NCBI GenBank assembly: GCA_964016885.1
Contig: OZ024741.1
Coordinates: 118,916,001 to 118,980,000, forward strand
Length of the DNA stretch: 64,000 nt
From: Eledone cirrhosa
Taxonomy: Eukaryota
Reading direction: 5' to 3'
A program made the translations under genes and the position numbers. How positions within the stretch are numbered: position 1 is the stretch's first letter; each line of letters opens with the position of its first letter. This document shows positions 48,199-63,725 of this stretch, piece by piece. Under the pieces are notes generated by a model. The model was not told the origin of the DNA. It made no database searches and saw only the letters and a list, made by a program, of their open reading frames with translations.

Positions 48199-48405
48199 AG
48201 CAGCAGCAGTAGAAGTAGTAGTTGTAGCAGCAGCAGCAGCAGCAGTAGCAGTAGTAGTAGTAGTAGTAGTAGTAGTAGAGAGAGAGGGATGCAACAAAAA
48301 AAGGAAGGAAAAAGGAAAGTAACTTGAATGTAAATGGAAGATTTCAAAAATAGAAATTAGAAAAACAGAGAAGTGTTATAGAAGATATAAACTGCAAATG
48401 ATATA

Positions 48406-48670
48406 ATTGTTTCTACTTTTGGCACAATTACTCAGTACATTACTGGTACTTTATTTTATCGACCCTGTAGGGATGAAAGGCAAAGTTAACCTCGGCGGGA
48501 TTTGACCTCAGACCATAAAGGGCCGTAAATCTTTTTCTGCAAAGCATGGCGTCCGATCCTCTAGCGATACTGCCAATCCACCGCCCTATCCAATGATATA
48601 ATTGTTTCTACGTTTGGCACAAGGCCAGCAATTACTCAGTACATTACTGGTACTTTATTTTATCGACCCC
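48406..48670 (-). mobile_element. SINE plus duplicated tail fragment
   Basis: Core at 48406-48586, with AATGATATAATTGTTTCTAC duplicated. Confidence 0.88.
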
Positions 48671-48998
48671 TTAATGATAGATAAATACTTCTAGTAAGAT
48701 ATATATATAACAGAGTTCAAGAGTAAAGTATAACTGTACTGCTCTCTCTCTCTCTTTCTCTCTCTCCCTCTCTCTCTCTCTCTCACTTATTCTCATTCTC
48801 TCTCACTCTTTCTCTATCAGTCTCACTCTCACACACGCTCTTTCTCTTTCTCCCAATCTCTCTCGCTCTCGCTCTCTCTCTCTCTCTCTCTCACACACTC
48901 TCTCTGTCCTTCTCTCTCTCCCACACTCTCTCACTTATTCTCACTCTCTCTCTCTCTCTCTTTCTCACTCACTCTCTCTTTCACTCTCTCTCTTTCTC

Positions 48999-49047
<49 letters not shown>

Positions 49048-49052
49048 TCTCT

Positions 49053-49113
<61 letters not shown>

Positions 49114-49115
49114 AA

Positions 49116-49196
<81 letters not shown>

Positions 49197-49440
49197 CTCT
49201 CTCTCTCTCTCTCTCCATAGCGATATACATATAAATGTACGTATTGTATAAGCTTTAACAAAGACAGGAGATATGTAATCTCTATAACCACCAACAGGTG
49301 AGAAACGATTGCATCGTCAATTACTCCCCCTCTTTTAAATACTTAGCGAAAGGCTTTCAAATGTTTTTTTATAAACATCCGGTATATTATTCAATATACA
49401 TTACCTACATTTATATGTATATCGCTATGTAGGAGCACCA

Positions 49441-49481
<41 letters not shown>

Positions 49482-49564
49482 CACACACACACTCTCACAC
49501 ACACAAACACGCACAAACACACAAACACGCACACTCTCACACACACACAAATACACACACACAA

Positions 49565-49597
<33 letters not shown>

Positions 49598-49604
49598 CAT
49601 ATAT

Positions 49605-49750
49605 GGTTTCTTATATAGGCACAAGGCCAGCAATTTTGGGGGAGGGGGAAAGTCGATTAAATCGACCCAGTGCGTGACTGGTACTTTATTTTATCGACCC
49701 CGGAGGGATTTAAACTCAGATCATAAATGACCGTAACTCTATGCTACAAA
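49605..49750 (-). mobile_element. Internally deleted SINE
   Basis: GGCACAAGGCCAGCAATTTTGG...CTGGTACTTTATTTTATCGACCCC. Confidence 0.85.
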
Positions 49751-50405
49751 GAACACACATGTATATATATAAATTGTGTTTGTGTTTATATATATATATA
49801 TATGTATGTGTATAATTTCAAATGAATTCCCAGAACATATTGATCTCCTCCGTGAAACTACAAAGCAAATATATATTAAAGATTATTAATTTCAGCAAAG
49901 AAACTCTACTTTCACCCATGCAGGAATCAAAAGAAACAAAAATATATAAATTCTGCTGTTTGAAACGAAAGAAGAGAATTTTCAGTATATAGACACAACA
50001 CGAAGATTATCTATAGCTGCAAACAGAACTAAAAGCATACCATCCTGAATATGAATAAACAAATCTCAAGCAACCTACAGCCGAAGAACAGATGGCATGT
50101 TTTGGGTCCTGCATGAAGCTGTAGCTAACTTTTAATTGCTTCTATCGATATAGAGTACTATTTATTTTTCATTGACCAACTGTAAAATTTATGTTTGCGT
50201 GTGCGTGAGTTTGCTTTATCGGTTTGTGTAGTAAAAACACCAAGAATGTTCTGAAATACGAATTCATATACTATTTACACAATTGATGCAATATTTGTTA
50301 TTAAGAATAATTGTTTACTTCGTAACTTTTCCGACGTTACTGGCATTTCAAAACAACTGCTTTGCTGAGTCTGTAGCACTCTCACGCGCACAATGTGTGT
50401 GTGTA

Positions 50406-50496
<91 letters not shown>

Positions 50497-51434
50497 TGAA
50501 CCAGATTTTTTTCATATGAGATAAAGGAGAAACGAACAATCCCGGCAAGGGATAGAAAACATCTTTAGTCGTCAGTCGCTAAAACTGGACTAGACACCAG
50601 TATGATTTCACAATAAATTACAGACAGAGAGCACAGTAAAGCCACACAGTTAAAGGGTTATGACAGTGAGAACAGAGGGACAGGTACAAGAAGCTGTGTA
50701 AAGTGGTAATGCTAAGAAGAGAAGTTATGGAAGACTTGCGTCGGAAAACTGTAATGTTGAATGATAATAGAAAAATTGATTTTATCTTGACGGAAGATGA
50801 GGCTTGAAAGACAGGAAAGAATAGAATGGCGGAAGTTATAGATATAAAGGTAGGAGAATTACGTGACGGGGGTAAAAAAGAAATAGGGGTGGGGGAAGAG
50901 GGAGAGAGAGAGAGAGCGGGAAATAGTCTGGGAAGAGGATGGTTTCATAGTGAAAAAAGCAGTTAAGATCATAACGCACCAGAGTACTCGATACTTAAGA
51001 TAGTAGAGTGGGTAATAGGAAAAGAGTCAGGACCCCGACGGCTGAGCTCCGACCGTTTCGACAGCTAGATCAGAACTAACCCATGGGGAGAAACTGGGTA
51101 GAAAACCTATGTTTGAATAAATAAGGGACAGGATGATAACGGCTGGAATGCTCTTTTATCACAAATCTATTCGACGAGGAGCGACATATTACACCTACAG
51201 AAGAATATTTTTAGAATTATCCCCGATTGAAATTAGATAATAATTATTTTCATATCGAATTCAAGATATCAGTAAATCTCAGAGCATATCTAGTGTTGTA
51301 TGAATATTTGTTACAGTGTTAGACTGAATATTGGTTAGAATTTTCGCTAGAATTTCTAATGGAAAAAATTGTAATAAACTTCTAATCTACGTTCTATCAA
51401 ATTTTAGTTTGCCAAAAACAAAAGATATAATAAT

Positions 51435-51481
<47 letters not shown>

Positions 51482-51773
51482 TACTACCACCACCACATCC
51501 ACCACAACCACCACCACCAGCATGGCCGTCACTTGAAATTAGGAATGACTTGGTACCAGTCTGTACCAAGCTCTAGCTAATGGTTTTATGTGCACAGATA
51601 GTCAAAAACAGAAAACACAGACACCCGCACAGCTCTCAGGACCCTTGGCCGAGCAGAACATCAAGGAAATAATTGCTGAAAGTAGTGAGAAAAAAATGTG
51701 CATCAAGACTGGGCTGGTACTTTCATTAAGGACACCAAACTATGTTCAAGACCCCGACGGCTCGAGCTCTGCC

Positions 51774-51903
<130 letters not shown>

Positions 51904-52131
51904 AACTTAAAACTAAAACTGAATACTAACCAATACTTATTACTAATTTATACTTATTCCTAATTAAACTATTTTTCACTGGGAAAATGTGTCAGCATTT
52001 TCTTTCCCTTTTACTAATATATATATATATGTATATAATAAAATTTCTGTAGAACCTGACAGAGGTTGAACCCGTAACCAGTATCACCACTGTCTCTAAT
52101 ATTTACCGGTAGGCCATTATATATATATATA

Positions 52132-53125
52132 TATTTTAACGATAGTTATAGCTCTGGTTTATCCAAACTATTGAGCCCTCTGCCACACATGTCGGATATT
52201 GTTTATCGTGATTTCGTGGGCCGATATTCCGATTCTCGATCATTCTACTGTATTTAGCTCCAGTCTTTAGCTATTGACCAGTTAATTTTATTGATTTTTT
52301 TGTTGATCTTATTGACTGATGAATAGCTCTTGTTTATTTTAACACGTCTGTTGAGCACGCTGATTCGATATGCGATCCTTTGTATTTTTACATAAATTAC
52401 ACATCACCGAATTCTTTCGCTAATATAGGGGTTCCCTCCCTTGCTGAATACCATGTGCGTTTTGGCTGTGGTTCCCTCCGTATTTTTGAACGGAAACTCG
52501 TTGAAAAAGCTTTTCCTCGTTCATCTCCTCACTAGAAGTCATATATATTTTTTATGTGGGCCGATAGTGATTTGATTAAGGAATTGCAGAAACCCAAAAA
52601 GCTAGAATTTAACATCCTTCTAGCGGGTCCGGGTGAGTTTTTTTACATTCATTTAATTTATTAATTTATTGATATTTTATTTGAGTGACCCGAATCTTCC
52701 TGGTCGTTCTCTTTCGGCTGCACGGGTGATTTTAGGCATGATCTCTGTGTGTTGGTATTTTAACGATAGTTATAGCTCTGGTTTATCCAAACTATTGAGC
52801 CCTCTGCCACACATGTCGGATATTGTTTATCGTGATTTCGTGGGCCGATATTCCGATTCTCGATCATTCTACTATATATATGTATATATTATATATAGTA
52901 GAATAATCGAGTATCGAAAAATCGGCGCACGAGTTCACGATAAACAAAATTCGACATGAGTGGCAGAGGGCTCAATAATTCAGATAAATCAGAGCTATAA
53001 CTATCGTTAAAATACCAACACACATAGATCATGTCTAAAATCAACGATACGACCGAAAAACTACGATCCGGAAGATTCGGGTCACTCAGATAAAATATCA
53101 ATAAATCAATAAATCATATGAATAA
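52132..53125. mobile_element. ~624-bp-unit family: copy B (52132-52873, ~118-bp terminal direct repeat) and an inverted diverged partial copy (52893-53125)
   Basis: Homologous to 18928-19593. A more diverged relative lies at ~54960-55270. Confidence 0.85.
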
Positions 53126-53369
53126 TATATATATATTTATTAAAATAACAGATTAAAATCTGTTATTTTAATAAATATTTGCTCTACGGTTCTTATAAAT
53201 TTGATATATATTTATCCTTATCGAGCCCTCTTTGGATTTTAGTCTTCAAATTTATTATTATTACTATATTATATATATATTTTTTATATATATATATATA
53301 TTATATATACAATATTTAGGTTTTTTTATATATATAATATTTATGTTCTTTCTCATATATATATATATA

Positions 53370-53477
53370 TGTATAGTTATATGTGTGTGTGTGTGTATGT
53401 ATGTATGCATACGTATGTGTTTGTATATATGTGTGTGTAGGTATATATGTGTATGTGTGTATGTATATATGTGTATA

Positions 53478-53508
<31 letters not shown>

Positions 53509-53644
53509 TTTGGAGTTAAACAAGGTTCATATGAATTATCTAAGAATGAGTTTTACACACACATATATGTGTGTTTGTATTTGTATGTATGTGTTTGTGA
53601 TATGTATGTATGTGTGTGTATGTGTGTATGTATGTGTATGTGTG

Positions 53645-53692
<48 letters not shown>

Positions 53693-54196
53693 TATGTACA
53701 TGCATATATATATATATATGTATATATATATGTATGTGTATATATGTGTATATATATATGTGTATATATATGTGTGTGTATGTATGTATATGTGTGTGTG
53801 TATGTATATGTGTATGCGTATGTATGTGTTTATGTATTTTTATATGTATATTTATGTATGAGAGTGTGTGTATGTATTTATTTTTACGTATGTATGTGTA
53901 CGTGCATTTGTGTGTATTGCTTACCACGTGTGTTTATTCATTTATTTGTTGCTTGTATCGCTGTCAACACTATAATAATCTTTATATTCATTTTTATTTT
54001 TTTATTATTATATATTTTTTCTTATATTTATTTGTGTGTGTGAGTATGTAGGTGTGTGTATATATTTCTATATTTGTGCTTGCGTATGTATACGTGTATA
54101 TATGTGTGTATGTATGTGTATGTATGTACGTGTGTATATACGTATGATTGTGTGTATGTATGTATGTGTATGTATATATGTATGTATATGTATGTG

Positions 54197-54255
<59 letters not shown>

Positions 54256-54429
54256 ATATATATGTATCTATGTGTATGTATATATATATATATATATATT
54301 TGCATATATATATGTGTGTGTGTGTGTGTGTATGCACGTTTGTGTATTTGTATGTATGTGTATGTATGGATATGTTGATATTTATGTGTGTATGTATGTG
54401 TATATGTATGTGTATGGATATATGTACAC

Positions 54430-54475
<46 letters not shown>

Positions 54476-54510
54476 GTATGTGTGTATGTATATATATGTG
54501 TATGTATATA

Positions 54511-54570
<60 letters not shown>
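53370..54570. repeat. Compound (TG)/(TA)/(TATG) microsatellite field
   Basis: Seen directly. Confidence 0.92.
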
Positions 54571-54571
<1 letters not shown>

Positions 54572-54762
54572 ATGTGTGTTTTTATTTTTCCTTTCCTTCT
54601 TCCTTTTCCAACCTCACTTTCATATAGATTATATTTTTGGTTTTAAAATCCAACGCCAATAAATACACCAGGATTTTTTTCATTCTGATGATTGAAAGAA
54701 CATTTTTTTGCTTTTAAGAAACCACTGGTAAATGAAATAATTGCCTTATGTTGTTTATTACA

Positions 54763-54819
<57 letters not shown>

Positions 54820-55274
54820 GTCGAAACGGTTTGAGCTCAGCCGTCGGGGTCCTACTCGTTCCTATTACCCACTCTACTACCCTAAGTATTGAGTACATTG
54901 GTGCGTTATGATCCATCTTGTTCCTTACCACATTTCCATTTCCTTCGTTATATATATATCTTACCTGAAGCCCAACATTCTTTATGTAGGCGGACAGTAC
55001 CTGATTTTTGAGTCGCAGAAACCAAATACTGGATTTTACCATCATCCAGGGTCCGGGAAAGTATCAACACATATATTTTTATTGTTTGACCCGAATTACT
55101 TGGTCGTTTGTTTTGGCTGTGCGGATGATATGTTTAACCATCATCTCAGTGTGTTTGGCCCTTAACGTATGTTGTAGCTCTGATTCACATGAATCATCGA
55201 GCGCTTGCCACACATATCGGACGTTGATTTTCGTTAATTCCTGTGCTGAAATACGATTCTCGCTAATTTATATT

Positions 55275-55364
<90 letters not shown>

Positions 55365-55491
55365 CACATATATATATATATTATTTAATTCCAGTATTGG
55401 CAGTTGAGTGCTTCTAATCTATTGTTGAATGGTTCTAATCTATTGTAAAATTGTATTCGTTGAGTAATCAACGAACCATAATAATCTTTGG

Positions 55492-55529
<38 letters not shown>

Positions 55530-55577
55530 ATAAAATGACAGGAGGCTGGACTTGTGTAAAACCTTGAAAGGTTTATT

Positions 55578-55636
55578 ATACTATGATCATTTCAATGACC
55601 GGGTTCCGGTATGAATCTGGTGATATCATCAGGTAT
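55578..55636 (-). ncRNA. Type I hammerhead ribozyme (same family as 58492-58549)
   Basis: 55527-55746 is a diverged reverse complement of ~58381-58600. Core CUGAUGA...GAAA UGAUCA UA GUAU. Confidence 0.75.
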
Positions 55637-55834
55637 TCGAAATATAATAAATGAATGTAATAGATAAAATCCATGGGGCTGAAAATCAAAGACCGGAGGA
55701 CGACCAACATCTAGCATCTTCCACTTTTGCCGGTCGCCCTCAAGTGAGGGGGCTAAAGCTTATAGTGTGCTACTACAGGTCAAATAGAGGAAAACCGGAA
55801 TTGACCAGCTCTATCCATTGGTGAACCTCAAACC

Positions 55835-55976
<142 letters not shown>

Positions 55977-56167
55977 CATACATATATATATATACATATA
56001 TTCATAGGGAGAGAGAAAGAGCGGACAGATAACTGACAGCGCAGGAGTATGGTTGTTGAGGATATAGATGGTGGTAGTGTCAAACTAGCCTTTGTTATTT
56101 CAAATAAACATGGAAGGACAAGGTTTATGCGTATACATATGACAGGGAAGAGCAAGGGTTACCATTA

Positions 56168-56246
<79 letters not shown>

Positions 56247-56366
56247 GAGGTGAGTTTTATTGTAGCACAATAAAGCAATGCAAATATCGGATAAGTAGCA
56301 CTCAACAGTTTATAGGACTGGAGTATAAATAATATAAGATCAAAAGATGGTTAAAAGAGTTCCATG

Positions 56367-56437
56367 TATTTTATTATGCGCATTTCAAAAACAAATATCA
56401 TCATGGGATGATACTTGCGTTCTCATCAGATAAAATA
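56367..56437 (-). ncRNA. Type I minimal hammerhead ribozyme with long stem II
   Basis: UAUUUUAU - CUGAUGA - ..GCAAGUAUCAUC ccau GAUGAUAUUUGU.. - GAAA - U GCGC A - UA - AUAAAAUA. The host element spans ~56245-57555 and has an inverted duplication (56441-56474 vs 57520-57555). Confidence 0.85.
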
Positions 56438-57182
56438 GGGAGACATGATATGAAGTTTAAAAAACACTTGCGAACAGTGAAGTGTTAAATCTACATATGA
56501 AAAATAAAATAAGAAGGATATATGAGATTGGGAAAAAAAGAAGGAAGGGGGAAGGAAAAGGTAAGGAAGAGGAAGAAAGAAAAAAAAGATGACGGGGAGG
56601 ATTATAAGAAGGAAGGATGAGAGAGGAGGAGAAATGAATGGGAGAGAGAGAGATAGACTTCAATATTGAGAAACACTGTTTCACAGAGAGAAATAAAAAA
56701 AAACCGTTGTAAGATAATACATAATCTAAAAAAATTTTGAAATTAAAAGTTAATGAGGTTTATGAATGGTGATGTTTATGATTAAAGAAAAAGGAATTAA
56801 GAATAGTATTTATTTAAGGTTTACATATTGAAGGGTTTAATAATATGTGCGAAAAGGAATTTATTAATATGTATTATTAAAATAAAAATATTAAGGATAT
56901 AAGGTGAATGAAGAAGAGATTAAATGAATTATGAACTTAGAGGAATTAGTTAGGGTCTAAGTTTGTTTCTATGTATTGTAATATGAAAAAGTAAATAATC
57001 GGTTTAATACGAGCACGGAAGGAGAGAAGAAAGAAGAAAATTTAAGGAAGAGAAAATATATAACGTAAAAAAAAAAATATATATATATGTTTACAACATT
57101 TTTTAATGGTAATATTATTATATATTAAAAATATAGTTTGTATGGCCAAGAATATAAGGAAAATGCGATAGTGAGTAATAAT

Positions 57183-57365
57183 TGTTTCTACTTTAGGCAC
57201 AAGGCCAGCAATTACTCAGTACATTACTGGTACTTTATTTTATCGACCCTGTAAGGATGAAAGGCAAAGTTAACCTCGGCGGGATTTGAACTCAGACTGT
57301 AAAGGGACGTAACTATGCTAGAAAGCATGGCGTCCAACCCTCTACCGATACTGCCAATTCACCGC
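57183..57365 (-). mobile_element. Full-length young SINE with target-site duplication
   Basis: GCGATAGTGAGTAATAAT at 57165-57182 and 57364-57381. Confidence 0.95.
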
Positions 57366-58491
57366 GATAGTGAGTAATAATATGAATTAAGAAGTAATTG
57401 AGAAGTAAAAGTTACAGATTAAAGATTAGAAATTAAAAAAGAAAAAAGGAAAAAAGGATAAAAAAAGAAAAAAAATAGGGGACCACTCATATATCTCATA
57501 TATCCATCTTATTTTATTTTTCGCAAGTGTTTTTTAAACTTCATATCATGTCTCTGTAAGTGTATTATAGAGATCCTCGATAAGTTTTCAGGGTGGGATA
57601 TAGAGTAATACCTTTAAATTCTAGGCCTAATCATAACTATTAGCTGTATCATGCCTCCCTCTACTGGCACTTCAAATCTCCCTCCTGTGTAAATTAATAG
57701 TACTCGTTTGGTATAACGATGGCCTAACGACGTTGGCTGACTTCCCAATAGCACACCCGAAGCCTAGAACAGTTACATTCCTCGAGTGCTCGAAAAAATT
57801 GATTTCCATATCTCTCGCTAGACGAATTCACTCGGAATGGCTGACACGTGGTTAGGATGGGCTGGCCGGAGTCTGCAGTCGTCGCGTGCTGTTTGACTGC
57901 TAAACAAAGACTTAATCTTTACTCTTTATCCCACCCTGAAAACTTATCGAGGATCTCTATAATACACTTAAAATTTGTTCATAAAAGACTCTCTCTGTAA
58001 ATTCTTTAACTAAATCTCGCAACCCAAACCATAAATATTTTCAAATTTTTTTAAATTTTATAATTTTAATCTTTAATTTTAATTTTTTAAATTTCATCCT
58101 ATAAATCTAAACAAGAATTTAACGTTCCAATTTTCTGTTCACACATTATACCATGCAGACGCCCACTATATATACCTCTGTTATAATATATACCTCTGTT
58201 AAGATATAGGTTCTTTAGAATGACATTTTTCGCGGCAATTCCTAGCCTAATTATAGCATGACATTAACGCTGACTTTTCTTCTTTCTTTCTGTCTTTTTT
58301 TTTTCTTTGACCGGGAGGTTAGTATCACATTATAAGCTTTTGCCCCTCACCAGATAGCCTTAAGGAGATCGAATAGCCAACACTTGAGCGCGACTGGCTA
58401 AAGTGGAAGATGTTAGATGGTCGGTCGTCCTCGGGTCTATGATTTTCAGCCCCATGGATTTTATCTGTTACATGCATTTATTATATTTCGA

Positions 58492-58549
58492 ATACCTGAT
58501 GATATCACCGGATTCAAACCGAACCCGGTCATTGAAATGATCATAGTAT
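58492..58549 (+). ncRNA. Type I minimal hammerhead ribozyme
   Basis: AUAC - CUGAUGA - ..ACCGG...CCGGU.. - GAAA - U GAUC A - UA - GUAU. Stem III is the palindrome AUGAUCAU, and the element ends at (TA)n ~58750. Confidence 0.8.
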
Positions 58550-58742
58550 AATAAACCTTTCAAGGATTTACACAAGCCTAGCCTCCTGTTATTTTATTAT
58601 AATATTTAACTACGTACTCGCACCACCAGCTACACAAACGAAGACGGTCGAGCTGCTTTACGCTGAGTACTCTCCATATTATTACATCATGATTGACCAT
58701 ACGCAATGACCAGCTCTATCCAGTGGTGAACCTTCAAACCTA

Positions 58743-58784
<42 letters not shown>

Positions 58785-59043
58785 CCATATATATATTATG
58801 ACACAGCTTTCATAATATAATAGTTGCTTCAATATAAATAAAGCAATCATAACGCTTCAGTGGTATTGATTTCACATTGTAAACATTAGACATTAAACAG
58901 ATTTCGGTTTAACTGACTAGAAACAATGACTCCACTACTATAAATATTATCAGCTGGCCCACATATACACCACTTCAATATATGTATGTATTTGCATACA
59001 TGTATATATATATGTGTGTGTGAGTGCATGTGTATGTGTGTGT

Positions 59044-59104
<61 letters not shown>

Positions 59105-59132
59105 ATATATATATATATGTGTATGTATACAG

Positions 59133-59163
<31 letters not shown>

Positions 59164-59365
59164 CATACATACATATATATATAGAGAGAGATGGAGAGAG
59201 CGAGAGCGAGAGCGAGCGAGAGAGAAACTGGTAGATAGATATATAGATAATTAGTATTAACAGCTGTTTAAACTGTGATCTAATATCAGTGAGCAACAAT
59301 AACTACAACCGCATATATATTTGAAAGATGGATATATACATATATATACATATATACATATTTAA

Positions 59366-59404
<39 letters not shown>

Positions 59405-59538
59405 CATGTATGTGTATATAAGGCGATATTTATTCGTGAAAATTAGTGATAAGCAACCAAACAATTGTTCATTTTATTATACGTCATTCTTTCGGGTTAA
59501 ACATTTTGTCAATGAACACGGAGACTGTTACAGATACG

Positions 59539-59649
<111 letters not shown>

Positions 59650-59757
59650 TAATACATGCAGACATGTAGATATACACAAATATTCAAAGATACATCCGAG
59701 TATCTGTACACGTGCCCGTGTGTTTTGTGCATAATTACGTATATGCATGTATGTATG

Positions 59758-60176
59758 AACTAGACCTGAAAAATGCGCAAGCTCAAAAAAGCCACAGAAT
59801 GTTATAATAAACCTTCAAAAGTGTGGGACTAGAGTTGTTGCTCAAAAATATTGTAATCATTAGCTATCGTACACTCTGTGGCATCCTTTTATAAAAAAGA
59901 GACTCATAACGAACTCAAGACGACACGATAATTATTTAAGCTAATGTTCAATATCTCATATTAGATGTTTAGTGATGATTAATACGAAATGCACTTAAAC
60001 CGAATTCTATATTATACATTCACTTAAATAATTATCGTGTCGTCTTGAGTTCGTACGAGTGTACGATAGATAATGATTACAATATTTTTGAGCAACAACT
60101 CTAGTCCCACACTTTTGAAGGTTTATTATAACATTCTGTGGCTCTTTTGAGCTTGCGCATTTTTCAGGTCTAGTTT
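59758..60176. repeat. Inverted repeat element (~150-bp arms) with a degenerate HHR-like spacer
   Basis: 59758-59940 vs 60022-60176. Spacer GTTTA-GTGATGA..GAAATGCAC-TTAAAC. Confidence 0.85.
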
Positions 60177-60793
60177 AATATTTTTTTAAGGCAACGCTTG
60201 TAATAACTCTAGTTAAATATGATATATATTAATAATAAATTATCGTTGTAATGTAATTAGATTATATAATAATTATTTTATAAATGATCTTATAAATATT
60301 ATTGTAAGATGCATACAAATATTTTCAGACTTTTAATAGTTAATATAAATTAAAAAAATTCATATATAAATTAACAATATAACTTACCAAAATGAGAAAA
60401 ATATTTTGATGATAAACGATGAAATACTGGAGGAAGATTCGAAAGCGAAACGATAAATAAACGTGCAAACAAAGTGGCGGATGATTTTGAGCAACAATTA
60501 CTCTCGTTGGTTGATTAGCCAATAAGACGATACATTACAAAAGATGTTTGGGAGGGATCACCACGGCCAGCGATACCCCTTGAATGTTTTTTATTCACAA
60601 GCTACGCATGTATGTCAGACACGCAGACTTAAAACATTCTGTTGTTAGTCACTGCGTGTCTAACAGATTATACTGGATTCTTTCGGTCATTACAAATGAG
60701 GCCATGCTGGAGCCCCACCATGAAAAGTCAAAGTTGACTTCGGTTTGATTTGAGCTCAGAACATAAAGTGTCGCGACTAAACACCGCAATGTA

Positions 60794-60873
60794 TTGGGTC
60801 GTCAAGTATGAAATTTGTAGAAATTTGTTTTTTTTTCTACAAATTTCTACCAATTTCATACTTGACAACCCAG
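60794..60873. mobile_element. 80-bp mariner-type MITE nested in a decayed SINE
   Basis: TA-TTGGGTCGTCAAGTATGAAATT...AATTTCATACTTGACAACCCAG-TA. Confidence 0.75.
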
Positions 60874-61627
60874 TAGTTTGTCCGACACTCTAATGAGGTT
60901 CAGGCTGGAAGACAACGTCGACTCGGAACATAAAAGGACGTGATCAAATACCACGATGTATTTTGTCCGAATATCTACCAACTCTTTAAATCGATCCCGT
61001 ATACTCTTTTACTCTTTTACCTGTTCCAGCCATCCGGCTGAGACCATGCTGGGCATCTCTCTTGGCTGGGCATCTCTCTTGGCTGGGGAATCTTTACGTT
61101 TTCAATTAAAATCCTGATTGGATACAGCTTCCTAAGTCATGACTGTTAATATATAAGAAAGAGGCATATGAAAGATTTATTAATTCTGCCTCAATACAAA
61201 TCAGCAGAAATAAGATACTTCTTAGTGGTCTACCATAGGAAGGATTGAGCCCAACAACCATAACCCTTTTGATACCAAACCGCCTGAAACTACACCGGGT
61301 TCTGAGATGCTAAAATGTTGATTTTCAAACGTTTGTATATATCTAAAAAACCTTCCGTCGTAATTTTATGACAGAACCTTAGTTAAGTTGTGTTCCAAGT
61401 ACCACATAGAAAAAAATGAGAAAACTAGCTATATTACTAAATCCCTTCAAATTCTTGATATTGAAGAGTTAATGATATAACAACAGAAAAAGAATAGTTT
61501 CATTTCATATTTACTTTATTTTTTCCAGAAAATTGCTGTGAACTTCTTATCGCACTTGCATAGTTGCTTATTGCATTTAACCCTTCTGATACCAAACCAC
61601 CTTACAGTACGAAGCTGTATGTATTAA

Positions 61628-61667
<40 letters not shown>

Positions 61668-62096
61668 AACTTTCAACATATTTCTGTGCGATAACATGAC
61701 AGACTGAAGATCACAGTCAGTCCAACTACCAGCTGTTCTTCTATAGGTTTATTGTCGAACCCATAGAGAGGGAAACATCTGACTGTGATTGAAATGGAAC
61801 TGGTCATCAGCAATAACGAGCTCCGTGAATTGGACGAACTCTTGGATAGTATTTCCCTTCACTATTTTTTGCGGTAACATATTTGCCATTCTCTCCTCCG
61901 AGAGGACGAAACAACATATGTCTGATGTATTTCAAAGGACATGAGAGTCTAGTAGATTATATATATGTTTACAGATATGCTGCTCGATGATATAAAATGT
62001 TTTGGTAACTATTTTTATAAATCTCTTATCTAAGGAAATAGAAACGGATTTTATGTGTGTTAGCTGTAGAAAAGAATTCTTTTGCGTTTTAAATTG

Positions 62097-62135
62097 TACT
62101 AGCAGATTTACCCGGCGTTGCCCGGGGTTTGAAAT
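62097..62135 (+). mobile_element. Possible Helitron/Helentron terminal fragment
   Basis: TACTAGC followed by the hairpin CCCGG-CGTTG-CCCGGG. The assignment rests on recall of the family. Confidence 0.4.
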
Positions 62136-62249
62136 TAAATAGTAAAAATTAAATAGTAAAAATAATAAAAAATCTCTAGAGTCTAAAGCAGCTGCTATAT
62201 TTTTAGCTGGTATTGCGTTTTCGGCTAATGCTCTATATAATTTACTGGG

Positions 62250-63036
62250 GTGGGTGTACTGAGGCTACAAAAGCCCGATGGGCTGCCTCGGCGTAGGCGA
62301 AAGAGGAAAAGGAAAAGGATGAGGAGAGGGAGGAAGTGATAAGAAGAGATAAAGAGAAAAAGAAAAGAAAAAGAAAAAGAAAAAGAAAAAGAAAAAGAAA
62401 AGAAGTACATCTACCTATGTATGCTGGGGTTTCCCCTATGTTTGGTAAGTCGGGAAAAGAAGGATGTTGCAGCCATTGTATACCCACCCGGGTCATGAGG
62501 GGGTTTGAGGGCGAGGTAAGACCTACGCAATCGGTGTTTACATGCAGTTACAAGTTCGTATTTTTTGTTTAGGAGTTAGTCCTTCGTAAACAGCATTTGT
62601 AATGTTTCCTCCGAGCATAGGTTACACGGACGGCGTCCTCCCGTGTAGGAGTTAGCCCTGGACAGTAATCTCCAAGTAAGAATGTATGTTATGTTGTTAT
62701 CTTGGAGGTCCCGGATGTGGCCCGAAAGTGTAGTGGCATGTCGCTGGGCCGGGTTTCTGAACGTATGTCGGTGTTGGTAGAGCCAGGTCTTGAAATCATA
62801 AGCGGTTATTTCTATATAGGCTTTGTTGGAGATTTCCGTACTCGCGTTGCATTGGTAGATCACGTTACGTTCTCGGCACCTGTTGTTGAGGGGGCACGTA
62901 GATCTATCAGAGCAGTTACACATCCTGGCCGGCTCTCCACTAATGTCTAGGTTGTTTCTTCCATAGGTTTTTTTTATTGTTGTTTGAGTAGGCTATGTTT
63001 TGTGCGAAGTTGGGTGTGGTGCTGTAGGAGAGTTTG
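62250..63036 (-). mobile_element. Second Naiad-like PLE remnant (GIY-YIG endonuclease)
   Basis: KLSYSTTPN linker, then CNCSDRSTCPLNNRCRERNVIYQC..AYIEIT..FKTWLYQHRHTF..TTLSGHI..WRLLSRANSY..CNLCSEE, then frameshifted LLNKKYELVTACKHR. Its 5' end abuts (TA)n. Confidence 0.9.
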
Positions 63037-63046
63037 ATATATATAC

Positions 63047-63203
<157 letters not shown>

Positions 63204-63624
63204 CACAAACCTATATATACTCACAGACATGAATGAAAACTAATATGTGTCAAAGCCGTGTTATTATTGGCCATTGTATACATAGAAAACAAACTATGTT
63301 GCAGCCATGAGTGATTCTCTACCAAATTAGCCATTTAATTAGTTGATAAGCTTACTTTGCTAAAGAGAATTCCGTTCAGTTAATTTCCACACTAATTAAA
63401 AGTCTCCTATCTTTGTAAGTGTTAACCAATTTGCGCCTGAATGCAAAATTGTTATACTAAAATACTATCCTACAATGTAATAAAACTGGCTAATTTAGCC
63501 ACACAACTCCTCCCCTCGCTCCACATCCTTAAGTACACCCATTCGTTCGACCACCCACCTTATCTTTTCTCTTATTTATCTATCTAGCTTTAGATAGACT
63601 GATATATATATATATATATATATA

Positions 63625-63725
<101 letters not shown>

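Noticed and set aside
52669-53101. Two similar ORFs (MIFYLSDPNLP...) on opposite strands
   Set aside because: They are inverted copies of a repeat. Substitutions are largely non-synonymous and copy A has a stop in this frame.
61260-61610. piggyBac-like TTAACCC ends
   Set aside because: They are too short and degenerate to pair confidently into an element.
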